Shown: in pieces, positions 48,830-59,000 of the stretch
Layout of the letters: every line of letters starts with the position of its first letter
How positions within the stretch are numbered: the stretch's first letter is position 1
Assembly: GCA_964199315.1 (NCBI GenBank)
Contig: OZ116704.1
Location: 11,842,001 to 11,906,000 of the forward strand
Reading direction: 5' to 3'
From: Orbicella franksi
Taxonomy: Eukaryota
DNA length: 64,000 nucleotides
Program-made: the position numbers and the translations under genes
Notes under the pieces: model-generated
What the model was told of the DNA's origin: nothing
Databases searched by the model: none
Seen by the model: only the letters and a program-made list of their open reading frames with translations

Positions 48830-49265
48830 TTGGAGTGTATACACTCCAAGATAATTTGGTTTTATCAACTGGGTTGGTAATGCGAATTGGCCACCGTAAA
48901 GAGATTCGAAAGCTGACGTTTTAAGCGTTAGCCCTTCATCGGAGCGAATCGAGGAATTGTGGGTTGTGTGTGGTTTATATACAGAAAGATGGAGCTACGC
49001 TATTGGTTGGTGCATGGTAACGTGAGAAACAGACAGAATAAATTAGTTGAATGAAAAGCGTTCGTTGATACCGTGAGGATTACGAGCGCCGATTTGAAAA
49101 ATAAATTTTTGTTCTAGAGTTTTGCGGCTTTCCGTGCTTCCTTGATGTAGGGAAAGGCCGCAGACTGCCATTTGTTGTTCAGAATGATTGGGGAGACTAG
49201 AGTGTCTCGCGACCCGTTTAGATGCGTTTTCGTCGTCTTTCTCTACGTCATGAAGGTGTAACCAA
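48830..49265 (-). mobile_element. Penelope-like element, 5'-truncated (GIY-YIG C-terminus plus 3' region)
   Basis: Translation ...LHLHDVEKDDENASKRVARHSSLPNHSEQQMAVCGLSLHQGSTESRKTLEQKFIFQIGARNPHGINERFSFN* (stop at 49043) resembles Penelope GIY-YIG C-termini (recall), and is followed by a hammerhead-like motif. Confidence 0.8.
48911..48946 (-). ncRNA. Degenerate minimal hammerhead ribozyme motif
   Basis: Minus strand CGCU-CCGAUGA-AGGGCUAACGCUU-AAAA-CGUC-AGCU versus the consensus CUGANGA...GAAA-CGUC. It carries two core substitutions (U4C, G12A). Confidence 0.6.
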
Positions 49266-50046
49266 ATTATTAATTTTTCTTGTTTACAAAAGCTTTTTAG
49301 TACTTTTGTTTTGTGTAGTTTGGCATTATTCAAACTCAAAACAGAAGGACAAACAATATAAACAGAAAACCTTCCCTCAAAGTTACAAAACTCAAATCAA
49401 AATCCTCACTTATCCTGGTTTAGCTTAATCGAGCTTTGAACAACCCGGCCCAGGAGGTCCGCTTTTAGGCTTGGCTAAATCTATATATTTAAAATAATTT
49501 CATGAATATGTTGCATGCGAGATGAGGAGATGATAAGAAAGGAAATAAAATAATCAAGTGTCTATTTATGGGGGAGGGCTGGGATTGATTCGCCAATCAA
49601 GGCACTCGTTCCCAGGTTCCCTTCAAACATTTCATTTTGCTTTCAAAACAAACGCACACGAATGGATGTCAATTGATTCACCCTCAAGGGCATCTTTTGC
49701 GGAAAAGTAGACTGATGAAAAATTGGTAAAGCCAAATAGACTAACAGATTTTCTAAATTTCATTTGTAGTCGTTATTTCCATTACAAACAGCGTTTATTT
49801 GAAGGCCAGCTGAACTCCAGTTTAAAAGTCACGCTATTTTTTGTCAACGAGAAACTGAAGAACGTGCTAGAAATTAAACAATAAGACATAATCTGGGCGT
49901 TGTACGTGGCTGTGGATTAACTAATCAACTAATTAGGATTCAAAAAGCTGCCAAGCTCGAAATCTGCATAAAGAAATGGCCTGCTGTTCTGACGGCCTCA
50001 GAAGGTCAACAATCCAACATTTTCCACTGTCCAGCACAAAGGAAGT

Positions 50047-53000
50047 ATGTTTCAACTGCTTCTGGGAATCGTGATTTTATTTCATCTCGTGTCCACCTCC
50101 ACATCAGGTTAGCAAACGATTTAAACTGCAAAATTTCATATGTATCGCTTCATATTGGCCGTTGTATTGTGTAGCAACTCGCGAGATAGACAGTTGAATT
50201 GCCAACTATCTATAAAGTAAAACGTGCAAAGTTTCGTTTATATCCCCTAAGAAATCTCAGTTGTTTGAGTTTAGTGAGAGTTACTTAAATAACGAAGCAC
50301 TAAGAATTTCAAACCCTTAGAACAACCAGGGATTCTTCGATTATTATTTTTTTAAGCCAACGATTATGTTTAACATATCAGTGACCATTATGACAACACT
50401 CCTTGTCTGTTTGTCGCGGTGACTGCGTTCGAATAAAGAGTGCCGTTATCTGAACACAAAACGAGTACATACAATTAGTGTGCATTGGCGACATGGGTTT
50501 AAGTTAAAAGACTGAAAGTGTTGCAAAACACATCGAATATTTAAATCAAAACAATAGTTTGAACGACTCCAAAATAACTGCGTGGATCACTCTTTTTATT
50601 ATTAATAGCTGTGCTCGAAGCTATCGAGATTTTCGCACCCTAGCGTGATGCAAAGCCTCATTACAGTGAAGCCCCTTGAAAAATAGCTACATACACCGCT
50701 TTCCACTTGGCATACATACAAAACTCGGACAGATGTTACGATTTCCTGTAGCATTTTTGATAGCTGAACGAATATTTGTCACTGATCCACGACTTATATA
50801 ATTAAGACATAAATTTGGCACAGCCCAGTATTCTGTCTGTTTGGCTGTCTGGCATAATGTATTTCACAGAGTTCATTCGCCATTTTCAATAGAGGACCAT
50901 AGAGGAGTGTTGTTGTACTTATTGCAATAAAACTATTCGGAAATAGGAACGAAGATGATATGTTGGTTGACCTTGGATGTCTGAAGAACGGAAGCATTTT
51001 TTAAGCTCATTTCGTCACCCAATTCACTTCTCGCTATCAACAATAAATCGTGCGTTTAGGATCAAGAATCTGACCTGAGTTATAACAGTTCTCCTCGGTT
51101 AATTACGAAAAGTAGTTTGTTTAAAATGTGTGAAAATTCCAAACACTCCCCTATGCAAAAAGCATCTTCAACAAAGCTTTTGTTTGTCATTTTGTCAGTA
51201 ACATTATTTACCTTGAAGCGAGATGTAACACAGAGAGTGCTTTATGGCATTGTGTACTTTGTTTGCCGTTGATTTTTTTATGTACATATACCTTGTGTGA
51301 GCATTGGAAGAATGTTTTACTTGAAATATTTACAATTTTTCTATTGCAACAATAGGAATATTCACATGGAAGAAGGGTTCCAACAAATTAACATAACTTT
51401 AGTACGTGGCGACGAGTTGAAGTCAAGATCAGGCCTGACCTGGTGTCTTATAATGCTTATTCACTGATCGACTTTGTAAAGCACCTTGGCCAAAGAACGT
51501 CATATGAAAAACTGACTCCTGTAAAGGATGTTTGCAATATTATTAAATCGAACAAAGATTAATTATTAATAAACGATTGACACTTCAAAATAGTTTTATT
51601 GGGGGAGGGGATGGGATACGGCTGTTGACGCTCTCGTGTGCGTAATATGAATTTCACCATATATATCCAGTATTTCACATTTCAAAATAATTTTTTATTA
51701 TCTTGAGGACGAAGGCCGATATTCTCCGCTTTGGTTCGATAAAGCTTAGTTCGTAATCAGTGATTTATTACAGAAGAAAGTTCACCTGGTCTAGTTCTAA
51801 GAGAATATTGGACCAACCTAAAGAGTTCTGATTGGATGAAGGACCCTTTACCTGAGGCCCGTCTTAGACGTGTAATTAATATTATTACCTTTTTGTTTGG
51901 GTTCAGTACTACGTTTAAAATGACAAAACTTTACAAGAGTATTCCTGGGCTTGAAGTAAACATGGCTACATGTTTACTTCAAGCCACGCTTTTGGCTACA
52001 AAAATGATTAGATTTTCGATGTTTCTCGTTACAAATTAAGCTACCTGTGCTCAATTCTAATTCCATGTCATCAAATATTGATTAGATGTCTCTTGCGTAT
52101 GGAGCTGCTGTGCGTAACAGAATTACGCTAGCTAATAAATCAATGTAAACTCATAATGCTTTAACAAAGGCACTCAACATTCGAACATTTACAATAAATA
52201 TCACACCACTGGTGTAAACTTCTGAGAAGTTTCTTCTTCAAACACGAAAGTAAAATGTCACACATCAATGATCCAGCAAAATTTTGTTTGACTTTGATTT
52301 CTTACGAGGCAATTACCTCCCCACCATGTGGCAAAGACCTCATCAAAGATAAGATAAACACGACCGATCTCTACGTGTGAAAACATTACATCTAAGGTTA
52401 ATTCTGACAAGACGATTAACCTGTCAAGAAACCAATCACGCGGTGTAAATGATAAATTGTCGTCTTAAACGGCGGCTGGTTTTAGCATGTCTGAAAAAGA
52501 ACTTGTTTCCACTGAAATCTACTGAATTCAGAGCGTTAAAAGATGGCGACCTCAAAAGCGAACAGAGATACCTCAGTTAAAATTCAACCTGTAAGATATC
52601 CGACAAAATTCCAAATTTTCAGGCTTTTCCTTCTATAGAAATAAACTGTAAATATTTCATTTCCGACAAGAGAAAATGAGAAAATCCCTCATTTTCTCAG
52701 TCTTGATTTCCGATTATCAGGCGTCGTACAAAACGTGTATGCCATGACGCCTTTAATTTATAGTTCAGGCTACTTATTTCATGGGGATAGTTTCATGATT
52801 TAAGCCGTTTTCTTCACGAACGTTTTCTCTGCTAGTTTTCTTTGTTTGTGTGTTTGTTGTTTTGTTGTTGCTGATGTTTCTGGAGTGAAGTGAAAAAAGT
52901 TTCAGTCAGTACATGTCAACATCTCTTCCAGATCTTGATCCATGCGTTTCATACAAAGAACTACGAGATTCCAACCGCTCTCAATTCCACAGCATATCTG

Positions 53001-56000
53001 GCTTAGACCTCGTTCAGTGCGACAAAAAATTAGTTCTGGACTGGTATAGATTTAAAGGAGGAGCTGGACTAAAAATGCCGGATTCGTGCGTCAAATCTGG
53101 CCACTGCGGTACGCATTCCCCGGGTTGGTTCCAAGGGTCCCATCCGACGAAGGTTGGTGATATTTCCATCGGGAGAATTTGCTTCAATTTTATGGGCTCG
53201 TGTTGTCAGTGGTACACGGCTACTAAGGTGAAAAAGTGCAGTGGTTTTTACGTCTATCAACTACCTTCAACCCCTTACTGTGATCTTCAGTACTGTGGGG
53301 ATGGTGCTACAGGTGGGAATATCTTACTTGGATGTACAATAATTATAATAGAGCAGTTTTTCCCGTAAGTGACGAAAGTAATTGGCATTTGCCTTGTTTT
53401 TGCCTCACCACGTTACACGATTGGTTTAATAATGTCGCGCCCCTTTGTCATCCAATCAGAAGTAAAACCAAAACCATTAATGACTCGCTCGCGCATGTTA
53501 TCCTGCGCCTCGCATCAGTAACCTGTATTTACTTCGAGTTTTGATTGGTCCATGTGATTACCTGCATCCTTTGTGATTGGCCAGAGTGATTACTTTGGTT
53601 TTGATTTGAAAACTGCTCGAAGTCAATACTTTCATGTTGGTCTTTCATAGCAGCTTAGACTGCTGTTATGACTGCATTAAGTCCCAAGCGTCTCCCCACC
53701 TTCCCCGAAGCCCGTCACAACAAAAGGAACAAAGTACCCTGGATAAACTGTAAGTTGTGACTGGTGACAGAATTAGTGTGTTCGCACTAGCCACGCATGG
53801 GTATCCAGGTTACCTCGTTTTCCTAACGGAGTGGAGGGCTTCCAAAACAAATTTCCAGGGTTATTATTGTGCCTTTTATGGGTTACTATTCATGGCTTGG
53901 CAGCCCTTCGGGTGCCTGAAATTAACACCTTTGCAATTTTATCCCCCACCCCTCCACAAAAAAACCGCCAGAAATCGCCCCGTTGTTTGAAATAACAAAT
54001 AACACCGCAAAAAAAAAAAAAAAAAACCTACTGCACCCACAAATTGCATGAATTCCACCCCTCCTGGCCGTACCGCTTCTTCCGCACCTAATTTTTACCC
54101 ATCTCTCAAACTTTTTCTATGACTAGATCTTGATTGTGCAGCTGATAACAACAACGTTACTATTAATGGATCGACCCTAGGCTCCTTGTCAAGTCCAGAT
54201 TTTCCCCGTCAGTATCCCAACAACTTTCAGTGCACTTGGCGTATAATGGCGCCCGCGGGCATGAAAGTAAAACTGGTGTTAAAGAACATGACACTGGGTC
54301 CTAATGATTATATAATGTTCCGCGATGGAGTACGTGACGATAGCCCATTGATCGCCAAATATGCCAACTGTGCATCGGGTGAGATTCGGCTCTATTCTAC
54401 AGATCAGTATCTTCTCGTGAACTTCGTCTCGGATTCAAGTGAACCTGGTAACGGCTTCCAACTGGATTACGAGACTGTCGAGTCAAGTAAGGAGACTAAA
54501 CGAATTCGTTATATTATATATTTTAGTCTTCTTCAAATTGAAAACTTATGTTTGACTTGTGCAAGGCATCCATGCACGTATGTTCTCGCCATTTACCAGA
54601 AGTTTAGTGTTCACTGTATGCGAATGAATTTCCAATAAAATGTTCTGGATGTTTGTTGTATGCGGCCCTTAGCAACAAATAATCGAATTCAGTAAAACGA
54701 ATTTCGAAATAACGATTCTATAAAACACAAATTTTCGTTTAACCGTAAGTTTTAAACGATTATGTACTATAACTCACACAAACTTAGAACTGAATCTAGA
54801 CTGAGCACGAATTAAAATTGGGATGTACGTTAAAGACCAAAACATGACAATATCTCCGAGTCTTTTCAGATCAATTTGATTTTTGCACTCTACATTTGTT
54901 CGTTTCTCTCGCGAGATCGTTTACGGTATTATTAAACTATTTTTTCCTCTTTCAGGTAAAGTTCGCTGTTCGCAGGACAAAGGTGAGATTAGCTAAACAA
55001 TCAGTACATTCGTAGAATTCTTATAAGATTAAATTTGGAAATACAGTTGACAATAAAGATTAGCGAAAAAACTGAGCAACGACGTTTCGGTGTCATCCTG
55101 GCACCATTTTCAAGTTAAAAAATATTTGTGCGAAAAGTAAACTAATTTATACCAATGGTAGAGGTGCGAAATTGAATAAATTAAGATTAAGATAGCTGTT
55201 CAATGTTCATGTTCATTCCAATGAGGTGTCAAACACTGGTAATGAGTTCAGTGTCTGTTCAAAGCCTAAACAAATACTTTTGCGCGAATGGAGTCTGACT
55301 GTGTGTTAAGGCTCGGTTTCTTCTTGCGAATCCACAACATTTCGTGGATCAAGCAATCGAACTTTCCCTGACATTTCTTTAGGATCTTAAATTCGTAGAA
55401 TTGAATTTTAATTCATTTTTTCCCATGTATTCAGATCAGACCTTCACTGATACGAATTTTTGAATTATGCTCGTTGTAAGAATACACCAGCTACGTTGTC
55501 TTTGTAACACACTAAAAGAAAGAAAATATAAAGTAGTTATCGTTTTCTTCCTCTCCCTGGTTATCTAAAACTTAGGTAACTCTTTAACTTGTAGATAAAA
55601 ATGTATTGTTTCTTGATCCTTATTTTGTGAATACTTAACATTTTCCTCACGATGCTGGACTGTAATGCGAGTAAACAAAATCGGAACTTTCAGTAGCAAG
55701 TATTTAGTTCAGGGTGATATTGTGGCTTTATCTGTAATTTCAGCGATCTTTAATGTAATCAAGCCAACAACAAAATGGAGTTTTCGAAAATAACGATTAT
55801 TTGAAGCAATTTTTTTTGCTGCCTTGAACAAAAATTTGGGAGGAATATATTGATTCACCTCAATTTTCAGTTCTCCTATGTGGTTTGAAAAATCGGGATA
55901 CCACTCTACATCAAAGCTATTGTTTTCTCTGTTTCTCTATACATTTTAGATATTTGTTCACCTAGTAGTGATATTAAAAGCTTGTCTGGAAACATGCGCA

Positions 56001-59000
56001 GCCCTGCATTACCGAAAAGTCCATCCGGGAACTCGGGCTGCCGTTGGAATCTCGATTTCCCAGTTGGCTACAAAACGTTGGTCGAATTTTCCTGGTTTGG
56101 AATGGCAGGGATAGGAAGTCAAAGGTGATATGAAACTTAGAACAGTTATGAAGAAGGAATCCGCCACAAGTTCGAGTAACAAGTGGACAAAAACTTTGTA
56201 TCAAGATTACATCTTATTGCAAACTTCTGTGCGACTGTTTTAAGTATCTTCTCAAAAGAAATAATTTCTAACAACACCAGATGTCAAAAACCAATGTTGA
56301 AGTTCATATGCCGAACACTTGAAAGTACTGGTGAAATGAAACTGATGATCAGTTTTTGTGTTTGAATAATTTTTCTGAACTTTAGAATTTATTTTCTCCA
56401 CCTCCCATGGGAAATTGTTTTGGTGTTATCACTGGCAACTGTTTATATCTTTAGCTTTTAGAAAATGCAAAAAGGCTGTAATATACTTAAAGTTTTTCTG
56501 GTACAAGGTTTTTGTCCATTTAAAACTGAAATAGCTCTATCGGATTTCGTCATAACGTTTTTCATTGTAGCAATCGGAATCATCGCCAACTTCAGGTGAT
56601 ATATCAAACTCGAGACAGTATCTCATCGCATTTCCAAACATGGAAAAGAGCGTTGAATTAACGGAGTACAGCGGAGGTTTTGGACGAGTTTGGAGGGTGT
56701 TGGTAATGTGGTGAAACACTCTCGCTATAGTTTTATGAATTTTTTAAACCGACAGCGAGAATGCTAACTGGGAACACATTTCCTAGCCTGCGAGCAGGCT
56801 CACTTGAGTCGCGCGCGAGCGGCGAAGTGCAAATCGATCCGGCGGGTAGGAGTCTGGTGAAGAGGCGCCAAGAAAGTAAGCCTGCCTTGATCTCTGTATT
56901 TTTTTTCATTTCTGCTTCGCCTGGGCGAAGTGAAATACCATTGGTCGAAATGCGGGAAAGGCGAGAAAACTGTCAATCTATTATGTTTGATGAGGAGCGC
57001 TTAGATCCCCACGGAGTCGGTAATTTACCGCACGTTCTCACAGTAAAAAAAAGTCGTCCACATTTGGATTCAAAAGAGAAACATTTGCAGAGATCAGAGC
57101 AGGCTCACTTTCTCGTCTCGCGTCTTCGACGATCGCTTTCGCGCTCGCGGTTACGCCGCGCGCGCTTGTGCTCCAACTTGAGCCTACTCGCAGGGTACAC
57201 ATTTCCAAACAAAGTCACAGCTATGGGATAGGTTTGTCTAATGACTTCTTAATAAATGTCCCTGTGTGAACATCTATAGAGAGTTATCGAAAGAATCAGT
57301 TACAAGGCTTTGCATTCTTGAAATGCGACTTACGAGCAAAACAACGTACTTAGTTAGTTCTTTCAAATATTTAGTTCTATTTCTCTTTTTTACTTCTACC
57401 ATCGAGAAGTCCGATTGGAAGCGGTTGACTTCCTAGATAATTAATGCTAGTGTTACTTATAATTAACTATAAATTGTTCCAAAAGTGACTGATATATTTT
57501 CAGCCACTGTGCCAATGATTTTGTTACCTTTGGTATGGATGGCGAGAAACAATCAAACACATACTGTGGTTGCAAGCTACCTTCAAAGCGACTTTATGAC
57601 CGTGAAAAGGTCTTTGTGACTTTTAACAACTCCCAAGCAGCAAACCAAGCTGGATTCCTGCTTCATTATAGAGCCGTTGGTAAGAAATGTGTCTAACGTT
57701 TATGATATCTTAATTGTAATTGTAATGGCCGACACTGAACGGTAAATTCACAAATTCACAAGGTCTTCGTTTGAAGGATTTAAAACACTCCTCCAAGAGG
57801 GAATAGTGAAGAATAACAGAGTGTATTAATGTCAGCATAGGTCTCAGAGTGGCCCAGTAACACAATTGAACTAATTTTATTTTATTCTTTTACTTGTGAT
57901 AGCCGCTGATGAATGCACAGACGGAGTTGATTCTTGTGAAATAAAAATGAACCCTGTGGGAATGAACAAAGATGGAGATCTATGTTACGGTAAGTAATAA
58001 ATTGATACAATTGCTGTGAGAGTTGTTGTATCTTCCACTTTGATCGAGTGCGGAGCTGGCGGTTATCAAAATCAGTTTCTTAGTGACCAAAATTGTGCGA
58101 TGACGACATGGAAACCTTTCAGGCATTCTTTTATCCTATTAATTGCGTCAAATTTGTATAATAACAAAGTATAAAAAGAGACTACTGACCACTAGTTCAC
58201 CTGATTTGAAGGGTAATACAGTCGCACCTCCCCACTACCAGCCCCCACCCACCTTTGGCGCAGTGGAAAATGGCCGTTGTAGAGAGGTGACCGTTAAGTT
58301 CTACGGTATCTCCTATTCGACGTTGTCACCCAATCCATTTGCTCTAGTCCCTTGTTCCTGTTTCTTGTTCAAAAGGAGAAAAATTAAACCATAACTGTCT
58401 CTACCGCAGTGTAGAGACCGAGGTGTCTAAAATTTGCTGGAGAATAAAGCAGTTCTGCAAAACTAATGACAATAGTTCTGGTAATTACCTCGTTGTCTTT
58501 GGCCTAATTCAGAGTCTACGAAGCCCACTACAACTTCACCGCCACAGACAACTGCAACAGCAGCAAAAACCAAGCAAGGTAGTTGTTTAGTGTGATTTAA
58601 CCACTATAACATATGCGACCAACACCTCTCTGGTACTTAAGCAAGCCTATCGGCTCAGTTCTAAAAGTTCAGCCATCTAAAACGAACAGAGTACTGAAAT
58701 GGGCTTAGCATTAGGTATATACGATATTGCGTTTATTGCAATTCTTAAATACAGGCTGAAATTAGCTTATCTACTTAAAGAAGATATTAATCTCAGCAAA
58801 AGCACCCGCCATTATTTTCCGACAGATGCTTCGCCTTCTTCGATATCTAAAACCACTTGACATGTTATTTCCTGTGCTCTCAGCAGATGACTTCGACGTG
58901 GACGTTAAATGCGATACGAATAAGATAAATGTCGTATTGCACATCAAGAGCCCTCTACACCACGACCCCGAAAGCGTTCACCTTAACGACGTCTCTTGCA

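Noticed and set aside
58415-58480. Possible extra 66-nt phase 1-1 exon in gene D (ETEVSKICWRIKQFCKTNDNSS)
   Set aside because: Weak acceptor, and it would leave only a 32-nt intron before the 58513 exon. It could only be a mutually exclusive alternative, for which I have no support.
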